Shown: positions 23,144 through 36,599 of the stretch, piece after piece | Numbering within the stretch: position 1 is the stretch's first letter | How the letters are laid out: each line of letters opens with the position of its first letter | Assembly (NCBI GenBank): GCA_010093605.1 | Contig: MU004194.1 | Span: 316,156-380,155, forward strand | Source of the DNA: Lophium mytilinum | Lineage: Eukaryota | Length of the DNA: 64,000 nucleotides | Direction: 5' to 3' | Made by a program: the position numbers and the translations under genes | Notes under the pieces: generated by a model | The model's input: the letters and a program-made list of their open reading frames with translations, nothing else | What the model was told of the DNA's origin: nothing | Databases searched by the model: none

Positions 23144-26100
23144 GGACTTCATCCAGGCCGGCTACCTACATCTCAACACACCAAGCTCTGTCTCGACAGC
23201 TGATAGATTCGCTATATACCCCACTCTACCCAGCAGCAATTTCTCGGAAGCCACTCCCACTAGCGTTGCATATACAAACAGCGATACCCCCACGACTGGA
23301 CCCACGGAAACGATTTTACCGACTTAGCGCCCTTTACTGTACAATCCACCAACCACTACCAATCTTCGTTTCCGACATGTTCCCTTGTATCATGCATCCC
23401 ATATGGGTTCCACTACTCCAGCGTCGGCGCTTCTTACACGGGCTTGTTGTTGTTTTTCTGTCGATTCCTTTTATCTGCTTCGCTGGTTTTGCTTGGCTTT
23501 TCACGGGTTTCTTACACTAACTGCGGATTTCGTGGCTATTATTAGAATAGGGAATATATGGTTGGGATGGTGGGGTTTGGTCACTTTGGTAGCGTAAGGT
23601 GTGCGGAATGGGCTTTTAAGGGGTGTTATGGGTGTATGATTGGTGTTTGCTTTATTGAGCACGCGAAAGGGATGGGGAGGGGGTGGAGGGTAGAGGGATG
23701 GTAAAGTGAGATATGGAGATAATATCTTAATGAAGCTGTTCAAATCAAGTATTGTGTTGCTAAGCGCCTGTGAGGCTGTTGCAATTATTTTCTTCTCATC
23801 CCTAGATCTCAGAGTCTTCGATGTCGGAGTGATGTGCGGCACGTGCAACACGTGATAGCTTAGTCATCGCCCTTTTCACTGCCTATAAGAGCTTCTCCCG
23901 CTCTCTCTCCCTTCCAGGTTCTTAGACAGGAATAACGAGGTGTTTGTATCAAAACAGGCCATGGACAATGCAATGGTGGTCGAGTCTGGAGTGCAAAACA
24001 AGCTGCAGGACAGAGTGCATGGAGTGCTGTGCGGTCGTCGGTGGTGATTTGCAAACAGGAGTCAACAAGATCATCATGTGGACTCCGAGTTCAATTGGCC
24101 CAACAACTCTGCCGATAGCTTCGAAAATGCGGTTGGTGTGAAGGAAATGGAGGAGTGCAAAACTGCCAACTTGGATCGCCATGGAGGGGCGGTGGGCGGA
24201 GGGAGGTAGCGTTCGAACTCGGGCACGCAATAACAAAATGGAGGGAGGGCGTCGGAAAAGGCCAATCTCAAATCCGATGGAGGTGAGGAAGAGGGTTTAA
24301 AAAGCAGAAGCGACGGCCCTAATGTGGAGGAGGCGGGGATAGTGTGGTGGTGGTGGGTATTGTTAAGCGAGTATGATGAAGAACGTTAAGGGAATCGTTG
24401 ACGATTGGGAGATTTAGAGGGGACTGGCGGATGGAGGTAGGGAAAATAGGTGGTGATGTGCAGCGATCTTGTATAGTCGATTCCTGCTGCCAACATCAAG
24501 TCGTTCCACATGGTGATGTTGATCACACACACGCGTCCGACAATTCTTTTTCTTCGATCTACACAACCGGACCACATGGTGTTCTTGGAAACTCGAGTTG
24601 ATCTGGCCATAACCCCTCGTCTCCTCGTATTTTGAACACACTCCCGAGCCCTTCTCCTTGAAAGAGACCGACCAACACGGAACGGAGTCCTTTATACCTC
24701 CGAAGAAAGGCTCGCTGAAGCTGTGCACGTGAGAAGTCACGCCTCGCTTTCCTCAAAAGTTTAAAGGTCTCAGCAACAGAGAGCACTAAGGATGTAGTAC
24801 ACGTGACTGTCACGGAGTCTTCAGTCAGCACCTTTTGGTAGAGGTATATAAGATCTCCTACAGCGGATCCATAGACTTCTATCTCTATGGGAAAAGAGTC
24901 CAGTATCGGGTCCGTGGTTTGGTCTTTCAGCAAAATACTGCGCTCCTATAAATGGAAGAGGGCGTGTGGTGGTATCAAATACTCGTACAATTCGGATTCA
25001 TGTGAGCTTGGTGTTTGGACAGTCCCAGGACTTTCTTTTGATTTGTGGAGGGATTTGAATCAAAAGCAGACGGAAGCGACTATGCAAAGAGACTAAACAA
25101 AGAGAATGGTGATGTTGAGAATCTAAAGTTGTCTTATTAAAGTCGTACATCAGCGTTAGCTCCAACTTTCAACGAAATTTGAGGGACGGAGGCGATGCCA
25201 TTCAGCAGATATGAGCGGAGATGGAGTTCAGTACCATATGATACTGATAAGTCCTCTCCGGTCCACATGCTTTCCCATCTTCCAGCGTTTGCGATCCACT
25301 CCACTACCTGTGTGCCAGTATGCGGTTGCACAGCTGCAGCCAACCCCTCCATGGAAGGCTCGTCCTCTATATTTTGACACAACTCCCGCAAACCCACTCC
25401 ATGCACAACAAGCTCCTTTTGTTTCTAAACACACCAACTCATCGCCGGGCCGCCTTGACTGTCTCACAGAGCCATAGTAATTGTGCTTCAGATGAGTTGA
25501 TAACGCAGTCCCATACCAAACCCCCCTCTCCCCTTGACGGAAGACTCTTCAAGCGGGAGACGCCTGGGTTTTATATGGGAAGAAAGACATGGATGACTCA
25601 TCGCACGTGATATTTCACGCCGCTCGAATTACAAGACGGAGCGAAGCACACGTGAGATGATGATGGAAGCGGCTATTCGGCGTGACCATATGAAGATATG
25701 CGGGCGTACATTTTTGCAAGTCTTTGAGATATCTAAGGGCTATGCTGAGGATATGCAGAGATGATTGAGCTCCGGTGTCAGACGTCCAGATTCGCTTAAA
25801 GAGGCAATAAAGTTAATATGGAAGGCAGAGTTTCAGGGGCATGGATATATGGAGGAGTTCTATACCGTAAAAATGACATCTACAGCTGGCTCATGGCCAA
25901 GGAAAGAAGAATTCGAAGGGATACGCGCCTTGCCCGCTTCGTTACTCAAGCACATGGCCGCGCCTGTTGGATATCAGGCATCCCCGCCCACAAAGGCGAC
26001 CACATCCCTAGTTTGTGCGACGTATACCGCTAGAAGTGGCGGGCTCGTTCCATCGTGTATTACCTCTAGCCCAGCCATGTCTGAGTGCTGTACCACTCCC

Positions 26101-29100
26101 AGTGGCGTGAGGGTCTGTTGATTTCAATATACGATGCTTCAATCATGACGATCGATGGGAATGTGATGAGTTGAGAATTGGATGGTGTAAAATTGGATGG
26201 TGCAAGGTCGTGGTTTGATATGTGCGAATTACCTTATTTGGACGACGCGATACCAATATTCTACGCAAGGAAATCCTACCAACAGGAATATGGATGCACA
26301 GCCAGCTCCATTCGCCATATTTCCGGTGGACTGCGTCCCCTACGTGTTGATTGCCGCTCCTGCTCTTCGCCAATATCCCAAACGTTGATTAGGACCCCTG
26401 TCTTCGTCGTCGCAGACCCCTCTTGCACAACTCTTGAGGTTACATAAAGCTGTGCAGACCCAGCGGGTCGGGGCTGGTGTCTCGAGGTCTCTGAGACTTT
26501 TACCCGGTGGACAGGTTGGTCAAGGGGCGTGACAGCTGTCAGCTGCAGGATGCCTATGTTGACAGCGGGAGACAGGGTGGTGGCGTAGGGGTGCTGGTAC
26601 GACAGGACTGATAGATAGATTGATGGCAATATTGTGATTGTGGTTGTGAGATGGCACGATAAGAGGTGACGGGAGGCGACACGGAAGGAGACGTAAGAGA
26701 ATACCGACCTACGAGCTGCAAGTCATGAATCTGGTGACGAATAACCCGCGAATCTGGGCGAACGTCACGATGGAGCCTACTAGACGCATCACTCACGTGC
26801 CACGCGCTCACATCAACCACCCCATTGCTCTGTAGACCATTATCTTCCTCCCCTCGATCCAGACCTCGGAAGTCCAGACGCATCTCCAGCTTACCTGGCC
26901 CGATGACCAGGCACCAAGCACTCTAGCTGCGGGACCAACCCCCCGGATCTGGCGCGGGCGCTTACAGCTAGATAGTCCCTCTTTCAGCCCAATTTTGCTT
27001 TTTGCGCCCTCGATCCTGCGCGAGCGCGCCCCGCTCCTCCAAGTCCCAGAGCGGGCTGGTGTGGCTGAATGGTGCATTGGCTAATGGGGACCACAAAAGC
27101 AACTTATATGGTGGAGAAGAGGACTAGTGGGTGTGGGTTGGTTGGCTGACGACATTTGCAGCTTAATTATGTATGAATCATGGTGCGTTCGGTCGGTGAA
27201 GGGCTTGCGGAACTGGTAGAGGACGCTGGAAAGTGTATGGAAAGAACGATGTTCGAGGTAGTCGCAGCTGAAAGGTTGGTGATAGCTGGAGAGTGTTGGT
27301 ATACGCATCTGACCACACAAGCCTCCACGATATGAACGAGAGATTGCCCCGTGCCGGCGGGTGGGGCGGTCGTCTCCCTGGTCTGGGAATCTCTCGGGGA
27401 AAAGAAAAAAAAAAGGCGTCGTATTGGCACGACAGTCGCCAAAGGCCTGATTGGCCCTCCGCTTTGATGCTTGCACCTCTCCCATCCCCAACCTCCCCGT
27501 GCCTCCCTTCGGGCATGAGCGCACCCTCGGGCACAGCGACATTGATCCTCCGACCGTCGCTTTGCCCTGTCCGTTCCTTTCTTCCATCAATCAGCACCAG
27601 CAGCAGAGCAGCCCGGCTGACAAGCAGGAAAACCGCAATACGACCTCAACCCTCCTCCGCATCCGCGTCTGCAGCTGCAGAATCAGGGAAGCCGGTCACA
27701 CAACACCTGTTCGGTTCGTCCGCCTTGCCGCCGATCCCACCCCTCCCCCCACCGCCTGCCCTTCCAATAATGCGGTGGGCTATTGGCAAGGAGCCGTCCT
27801 GGGCCCCGGGTTCAGGATCGGGATGCGGAAAGCGAGCGGCGAGTGGCGAGTGAGGCTTTCCGGCCCTCTGCCCATCCTCAGCTTGCTGCGCGGGCGCGCA
27901 CAGTCCAAACGCAGGACTGCAGATGTGACGAGATGGCGGCGATCCGCGGCCCGGGGCTATGGGATTGGGAATGTTTCTTTTTGCTGCTTCCTGACGCATG
28001 CAGGCTTGGTGTTGTGGCTTGCCGTCGCCCTCGCCCCAGCGTCATCGGGAGTACTGCATACGGATAGGGTCATTGTCGGCAGTGTCACGTCGGCGACGTG
28101 GCTGTGGCTGCCATGTCAGTTGATTACGGAAGTGTTGAATGACAGCTGTGCGGTTGGGTCGGGGGTTGAGATGCAGGTGTGCAGGTGGTGATGCTGGGCA
28201 GACCGGGGGGGAAACCCTGAGCGGATAGGGGGATCGTGAAGCTTGAGGTCGGTCGTCAGGGCAGCCTCTCTCATTGGCTGCAACACAACATCAAACATCT
28301 TGCACCCTGCCTCGCGCACCGCCAGCACAACACGCACTGTTGCAGTCTTAACAGCGCCGGAGTAAGTGCCGGAGCGCAGCTAGGGACCGCTTGCGATGCT
28401 ACCCACCTCCGCTGGGCCTTGGATTGGGCAGCTTGGGCGTCAACACCCGCTTCACTGCTCGGCTGCCCAGGTACATACGTACTGCCACCAAAGCCTCACC
28501 GTCCGCGATCTGCACTGCCGCGCACTCGAGTGGTATATCGACGATCTTGCTCGATTTAATCTGACTCTATTGACTGAAGGCGATTGCAGCCCGACATCTC
28601 GGCTCCATCCAGCCATCCGAACGTCAGCTGGCCGCTCTGGACTTCTGATAATGCCACTCCCACTCCTGTACCAGCCCCTAAGCTCCCCCCGCATACATCC
28701 ATGCCAGCTCCACGACGCTACGCTCCAAGCCCGAATGTGCAATCCGTAATGACAGCCTCCCCTAGCGGTGCCCTCGGAAGGTGAGCCGGCCACCGTCCGA
28801 GGCGCTAAAGGGAAGGCCGTAGAGGCCTCGACGGGCCTGAATTCCCTTCTCTCCATCCGTAAGCGTAGAAAAACAAGAAAATACATGTCGCATGCATGAA
28901 TAAAGCAATCCAGACCAAGGAAAAAGCAATAGCAAGACAACAAGCAGAAGAATCCCAGGGAAAATGCTGAACCCAATGGTACCTAATCCCAATGCTGTGT
29001 TTGGTGCCCTATTCCCGACGCCAAGATGCTCCCTGGTTTTACACTGCGCCCCCAGATACAACAAAAGCAGTTTACATTGTAGCACACGCCGTCATGCTCC

Positions 29101-29501
29101 CTAGCTCTTTTTCTAAGTCCGGCCCGTCCGACAAAAGGAAAAAAAAGGCAAAGAAATCACACGGTCCTGAGAGGCTAGCTGGCAGAATGCATTGACGCGA
29201 TGCCAAGCAAGGTAGTGTCTCGGAATGTTGAAATGTCGATGCTGTTGAATCCCGTAGCCCCGCGCCACGCCTGCCCCGTTTCCAGCCGTGAAGTTGCCCG
29301 TCCGAGGCGCTATGCCGGAGCCAAAGGATGTCCTGAACATCGAAGAGAAAAACAAAGGAGATCATGAGTGCTGAGTAGAGATACATGCCGGTCGTGAATC
29401 TGGATATCCAAGGTCGGAACAAGATTATTAAAGAACTAGCTGGGTATAGTGCGTAGAGAGCAAGGAATTGAAGAATCATCCGCGATGAGCGCAAGCGGGC
29501 G

Positions 29502-30780
29502 TTACCGTCTTCGCGCTGAGGCGGAGAGGGTGCGCTGTGTTGGTCCTGCTGAGCCGGACATGTTTTCTAGCATATCGAGACATGTCGTGAGCACTGAAAT
29601 ACGTTAGTCTATGGGATGCTGGAGATGTGCGCGCTGGACTCACTGTTAATGATCTCCTCTTCCCACACACCCATCTGGTAGTCCACCAGCCCGTGCTTTT
29701 CCATATTGTCGCACAGGTGCACGAGCTGCTTGCCCATTTCTTCAAGACTATCGTACTCGATAATGCTCTGCGGCGGCTGTGGGCGCTGGCCCGTCTCCAG
29801 CATGTTCTTCTGCTGCTGCAGCGTCGTCAGCCAGCAAGTGTTGAACTCGTCCCAGAGCTTGAGACGCTCTGTGTGCATGGCCTCGTCATCGCGAACTAGA
29901 CCTAGAGTCAATACTCAGCTACACACTCTCCCTGGAGCAGCGGGGGAAAGGGGTGCAACTCACCAAGCGCCTCGGCGTTGCCCAACAGCCAATTCGAGAT
30001 ATTCATGAGCAGGGTTGCCGCTTCGCCCAGCCGGCCGTCTCGGACGTGCTGGAAGGTCCTCTTCAGCTCCGTCTGATACTGATTGTAGGCCGTGTCGAAC
30101 TCAGAGCCTTGAGTGCTGCCGCCAGCCGGCGCATACCCAAAGGAAGCGCTGCTGGCGCCCTGGCTGGGGTCCGTCATGCCGCCGGCGTAGGAGGGCTGTT
30201 GTAGTTGCTGTTCGCGCGGGCTCTGCTGGGTTGTATAGCCCATCTGCGAGTAGGACGTGACGTTGTGGACGAGGCCCGGCGCGCTAGTCGGCCCGCCTGC
30301 ACCTGCGCTATGCGTGGCCGCGGCCGCGTCGCCTGCGACGTTGTAGTATTGTTGTGGCACCCCGAACTGGGATGATAGCACCTCGATCGCCGCGCTCTGG
30401 TGCCGCGGCTGGCCTGCATACGGTGCTACAGAGGCATCGTACGGGGACGCGGGAGTTGCAGCGCCTGCCGCCCCGGTGTTGTACATGAGACCCTGGCCGT
30501 ACTGTGGGTACTGTCCGGATGGTCGCGCGTGCTGCTGCTGCTCTGACGACGGATAGTCGCCCGTATAAGCTGGCTGGATGCCCACAAACTGCGCGCTGCT
30601 GTCGCCGTAGGCGGGATAGGCGTAGGCAGAGCGTGCGTTGCCCGACGAGGGCGCCGATGTGGGCGACTGTCCCGTCAGGGAGCCTGTCCTGCTCGTGTGC
30701 GCCGCTGGATTGTAGAGCCCTTGCTGGCCCGCGTAGCCGGGTGCCGTGTTCTGCCTTTGCCGCCGGTCATTGTTTTCCAT
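29502..30780 (-). CDS. Hypothetical protein of a type conserved in Pezizomycotina (Q/P/Y-rich N-terminus, helical C-terminal domain); introns 29902-29963 and 29594-29643
   Basis: ATG at 30780 (MENNDRRQ). Canonical introns join AEAL|GLVRDD and EEEIIN|MLTTCL. C-terminal motif HGLVDYQMGVWEEEI. Confidence 0.8.
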
Positions 30781-33700
30781 CCCAGTCGACCGGCCCTTGA
30801 GAGAGAAGTTGAAGGGGGGATCGAGGGACGACCGATACGCCAATGGCGAGAGAGGCGGGGTCCTGTAGGAGGCCAGTTTTTCGGCTTCCCGAAGGCGGTT
30901 TCGGAGAGGTTCTGGTGGTGGAGAGTCGAGAGCACTGGGTTGGGCGGGAGGTGAGAAGTGGTGGGGCTCGGCGGGTGAATTTTTCGCGAGGTGAGTTACG
31001 AGGTGAGAGAGTTGAGAATTATAGTCTATGTCTATCTTTTGCAACAGGAAGAGAAGTGTCAGAAGCCAGCAGATGTGGGTCCGGAAGGATGGGACTCGGG
31101 TCGATCGAGGAGTTACGAAAGGGCTGAGATTGACTTACGCAGAGCAGATCCGAATGGTACGCAGATGATATAAACACAGCCCCCGGCTCATATCCCAGCG
31201 GACAGCCAATGGAGGGTGCCGCGAGACCGTTGAAGAGGTGGCGTAGTAGCCTCACTCACAGGCACAGGGTTACCCCTCGGCGGGCCTGCGACGAGAGAAT
31301 GGCGCGGTAGCTGAGGCGGTAGCTTCGATGCCAGCAGCCACAGCGCGAAACCCGGGAAGGGACAGCGCGTCGCCTGGAGCTTTTCTGGAGCAGCAAGGGC
31401 CAGCTACAGATGTGGGCCGGCGAGACACGTAGGCCCGCTGCCCGCCTGCGAAGGGATTGGGAGAGAAAAAACGAAGCGGGGGAGTACCCGGCCGGACGAG
31501 GGCGATGGTCGAGTCGACTGGCTTTGAAACACTTGGAGGTTAAGGGTTCCTTGCTCGACGTCGGAAACGAGAGAAAAAGAGCGTGCCCAAGGCCTAACGA
31601 CGCCTAATGGACCAAAAGCTTCCAGAAATAACGGCCACGCTTCGGATGAATGATGAGGCTTTTCAGAGAGCACAGAATGGTCCAAGCAGCCACGCGAGTG
31701 GTGTCAGGGCCAAGTCAGCGTGGGAAGGATGTGGTGAAGCGTGCGGCGGGCCGACTTTCAAGACAGACGTGCGACACAGGTGCTATATATTTGTAAGTCG
31801 GCGACTGGGCACACTAAAGGTCGCGGTGAGGCTTTGCGGGCTCGATTGGGACGCACCTGGGAAGAGATGGCACTCGGCGCTTGGTCCCATTGGCATCCAG
31901 CGGCGCTCAAGCACGAGAATGGCAGACTGGCCAGCGCTAGAGGCGCAGAGGCGTATGAGGCTGCTGCTGGGCAATGGCGCCTGGTCGGGTGTAATTGATC
32001 CCAGGGCTGGCACGGGGTGGGGGGAGTACGAGGGGGGGAGTTGAGCAGTGAAGGTCGAGGGCAGCCACATCACGGGCAGCAGACGACGTCGGACTGAATC
32101 AGGGCACGCTGGAGCACAACCGGCGCCACCGCTCAGACAACCTCTCGAATTGGGGGTCCAGCGAGCGGGCCAGTGGGCAGGATGCGGAAAGGGCAGCCAG
32201 CCGTGCGCGGACGGGTGTAGGGAATGAGGGCGTGGTGGCTTTGCGGCGGGAGAGAGACGAGATGGATGACGGCGTACCTTGGGAGAAGTCTCCGATATCC
32301 GACCACCATATCGAAGGAGCGGGGGCCTCAGGGCCTGGCAGCCAGGTGCTAGCATGAGGCCGTCGCTCGCCACGTTACAGATCGTCGAGATCGCAGCCTG
32401 CATGCCATGGCGGCCGAGTCGAGTCGCCTGCCAGGCCATTCACCAGTCCCCATTCACCACCCGTGGCCTCACCCATCACTGACGCTCCACGCACGCAACT
32501 GTGGCCACGGCCGCCCCAAGCCTGGCCATCTGGTTGCCACACCCGTGGAGCTCTCCCGCCGCGCAGCATTCGCCAGGCTGAGCTCTGCCGCGAGCTGGGG
32601 CGGTTCACTGGGGTCACGGCGTGGGTGCAGTGAATGCCTTGGTCCCCCCTCCTCGAGTCCCGGCTAGCGCAGCCACACGCTCACAGGAGGCGTCACGGTG
32701 GGAGCTTTGGGAGAGCTTCTCGGACCTGCTCCTCTGCTGCTGCTGGAGCAGTTGCTGGTCACTGCTGGTCACTGTTGGGGCGGCATTGCGGAGGGTGGCC
32801 GAGCAGCGCAATGCCCTCAGGAGTCTCGCGCTGGTCGCAGATTGCGTTTCACGCGCTCCAGGACATCAGGCGTGGACGAGTGCGGGGCGTGCGGGAGCAT
32901 CTGATTCGTTTCATGGGCGCGCTGCTGGTCAAACAGTGGAGGCCGCTGAGCTGGAGGCCTCCAGGGAGCGTCAGGGGCAATTTCGGCTTCTTGCAGCCAG
33001 TCCCTCAATGCGTGCGCAGGGACCCCGGCCGGACGATCAGCATGCCTGCGTCTCCACCGAACACGCGAGCAGCCTCATCGCGAGCCCTACGACGATCACC
33101 TCGGGCAGGGCGAGGCAGGGCGACGGCCATGGCGCACCCGCGAGTCGCCGAAGGATGCTGCTGCAGCGGCGAGGGTCCGTCTAGCGAATGTCGACGTCAG
33201 CTCATGGATGACTTCAGAGAGCACTGGGCACCGTGTTACGCTGCTAGTTCATGAGAGCAGCGAGCAGACGGACCATGGCGAACGGGCGGCGCAGAGGGCT
33301 GCAGACACCTGTTTTGCTGCCCTTGTCGGAGGCCTGCCCGGCGCTGTGAGTGGCCCCAGGACTGCCTCCGCGCAGCGCTATGGGATGCAGCGTGCCGAGT
33401 GCTCCAGGGCTGGGAACTGCCGCTGTCACTTCGTCCTGCGCCGTCGCGACTCGATCCTCGGCCCATGTTGGGCTCGCCGACTTGACGACGGTCCAAAGCG
33501 GCATCCCGAATCGCCCCTCACGGCGAGGGTGCCGGCCGGGCGGTGCTCGCCTTCACGTGGCATGAACGAGCGTGGTGAAACCGACAGCCAGATATATTTA
33601 GACGCCTCGCGACTCTGTGTCCCAGGCCGTTGCCGTGTTTCTCAGGTATTAGTGGTTTCTTGCGCCCCCCGCTGGGCACCGTCATCACGAGTTCACGATC

Positions 33701-35116
33701 GCCGTTTGATCGCCCTGCGGCCCTTTGCACATCATCCGATGTGCTCCGCCGCTGAAATTGCAGGAGGCGCTCGGCCACGCCTCTGCTCGCCTTCGAGAAG
33801 GTTTCATTCCCTTCGTCAGATCCTTCTCGAGCTCCAGCGCCGCTTCTAGCGCTCGCCGAGATTGCACTCCCTCACGCGCCCACCACTCGCTGCGCGCCCT
33901 CTGCTGCCCTCTGCTGTCCTGCCCCCAGGGCCCCAGACGGCCTCCTCATGATGTGCCCGCTCGAAATCACGCATTCTAGGCGGACCTGGCGGAGATCGGC
34001 TCGAAACGAGGCCTTCCCCGCGCCCGCGCTTGACTCGTGTGCGTCGCCTTGCCTTGCTCTCGATTTTGAGTTCGCGCCAGCGGCGATCAGGAACAAATCG
34101 TGCCATTCACAACGGCGCGGACGACCGTTGCGCTGCTCGTCCGAGATGCAACGTCGATTTCCTCCCTAGCCGGCGCCGTTGGGGGATCGTGCATTCCGCT
34201 TGTGCCGAAACGGCTGACTCCATCTCCTCGCGTCCTGCGCCGCAGATGCAAATAACCACATGAGGTCCACATCACCACCACCACCACCACCAGCCGCAGG
34301 AGCCGCTCAGCAATGTCACAACTGCGGGGCACCGTCCGACATGCGGGGCGGGGCGAGGCGGCCAGAAGCTTTGGTGGCCCAGCGTCTCAGCCTGAAACGC
34401 CGTTGGACTTCTTCAGCTTCTGGAATCTCATCTGGCCCCCATGCCCAGGTGGACGCTCCCGCAACACCGATCTGGCAGCCCATCTCTGCCCTCTTTCGGC
34501 CACATCGCAATATGCCATGCACGTGCTGCTGCTGTATGTTTGATCTGTTAGCCCCATCTGGCCTCCTCCGTCAATCTGACAATCGAGCCATCATGACGTC
34601 CACAATCACTTACCAAGACAGCCACCGCATGCATCGCGGGCACCGGCTCAACACCACAGCTCGGACACGGCACGAGCAACGCGTTGGTGCAGCCGCAACA
34701 TCCGGACATTCTTACCAGCTGCGGTCTCGTTGCACGGCCGGTGGATCTCGTAGCGTTCGACTGACCTCGTTTGACAGCTGACCGGGGCGATAGGGACGAT
34801 TTCGGTATGAATGGGCAGCATGACTGGTGGCAGAGGCATGACCTGACGTGCTGAGTCTGACCGTGGTCGGGCGTGATAGAAAAGCCGCCTCATTGGAGAC
34901 CACTTCGTCGGGTCCATGCCACTTCAACGGCCGAGGCGAGCGTTTAGGTTTCAATCCACAGTGACAGGCACCAACACAGCGCATTCTGCTCACAATAATA
35001 TATCTCCGACAAATCCGGAACCGCAGGGCGGACTTGAAACTGACAAATAGTGTACAGCCACACAGCCATTGGCCGGCAGCGATATATACAGGACATACAT
35101 ACATGCGGCCGCAGCC

Positions 35117-36333
35117 TCATCGCTTGACCCACGTAGGCATCTTGCGCGCCTTGATGCGCCCAGGCTTCTTCCTCTCGACTTTCCTTGGATCGCGAGTCAC
35201 GACGCCCGCTGTTGCACACAGCTTGATTAGCATTCGTTTAAGCCAGTAGGGTGGTCGGAGCGTGCATATGCAAAGGTGGAGCGACATTGCGGCTGTACCC
35301 GCCTGAGGAAGGCAGCTCCGCGGCTCCAGGCGTCGCAGAAGCCATCTGCCCAGCGCAATGGAAGGAAAGAATAGAAGGAACACGGGGGTGGCTTACCTCG
35401 CCTCAAAGCCGGTTTCAATGCCGGTTCTTGAACGAGCAGCGCCTTCGCAACGGCCAGCGCCATCGCTTCGGCTTGACCAGTAACTCCTCCACCTTTGACA
35501 AGCCCAAAGATGTTGTACTTGTCGAGTCTCTGCGTAGACTTCAACGCCCACACTGCGCTCTCTCGGTCGTGCAGCCTACCGAACTTCTGTGCCAGCGTCT
35601 GCCCGTTGATCAGCACCTCGCCCTCGCCCTCCACTAACCATGCCACTGCCGATGATGTTTTCCTCCGTCCAACTCCTTTTGATCTCCCCCATTCATCAAT
35701 GACCGAGGGCCTTGGCTTAATATCGTGCGGATTGATGTCCCTCTTGAACCTCGCCATTGCCGTTGTGACCTCCTCTGGCATCAAGGCCGGATGGATGTGA
35801 TTCAGCCGATGTAGAATAGCAACAATCCTGGCATATCTTGCCGGCCCGATGGGCTCGTTGACCTTGACTTTGTAGTGATGGAGGCCCTTCCACGCCACTC
35901 GCGGTGCATGCCCCGCTGGCACAACTGGCAGCGTCGAGTATTTCCGTAAGAGTGTGTCGAGGGTGACGAAGTCGTCCGTGGCCTCGGGCTTTGCACTGAA
36001 GTAACTAGCGGACGCAGGCACAACACGAAGTCGTTTTAAGAGCTTTTGGGCTTGCTCTTCGGCTTTTTCTCTGGCGGCTTCGACTTGTTTTGGATCCATA
36101 GAACGGATATCTTGGGCATCCTCGGAAAAGGAAATAGGCGGCGCGGCAATGTTGCTACGAGGTACCTCATCAATGGTTTCGGCTCGCCGGATTGCGCCTG
36201 TTGAGAAGTATTTTGGGGTGGACTGATTGAGGCCTCTCCTGGAAGATGGTATCGAGCGTAGTTGGGACCGTGGAAAGCCCCCGAGCGAGGCGAAAGCCCG
36301 CAGGAGGCTCTTTGGGAGCTCACCTCCACTCAT
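35117..36333 (-). CDS. MRPS9: Mitochondrial ribosomal protein uS9m; intron at 35209-35396
   Basis: S9 motifs [20 protein letters not shown] and [26 protein letters not shown], plus a presequence-like N-terminus. Confidence 0.93.
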
Positions 36334-36599
36334 CTCGCGGCCGAATGAGATGGTGAGTGTCGCGAGAGGCGTCCTGGGTGGGAGACTGATGGCTTTGTGG
36401 ACTGTCAAAGAAAGTTCGAAGCGCTGAGGCTCTAGATGACTCAGCGAAAGCCAAGGCGCCTATAACTGGAAAATTACTCCTCCCACAAAACTCGACGTCG
36501 CCTTCCCCAACCACACCACCACCTTCATCAACACCCACCAGGACTATTCAATTAGGCCTGCTTCCTTATACCCCTTCTTTTCTCTAAGCAACCGCCGTC

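Noticed and set aside
23144..23520. Hydrophobic C-terminal extension of the 2023-aa ORF
   Set aside because: It arises from reading through the canonical intron at 23026-23083; the spliced stop is at 23143.
31400..34950. Many overlapping 60-220 aa ORFs
   Set aside because: They are R/A/S/P-rich translations expected from GC-rich noncoding DNA, with no motifs.
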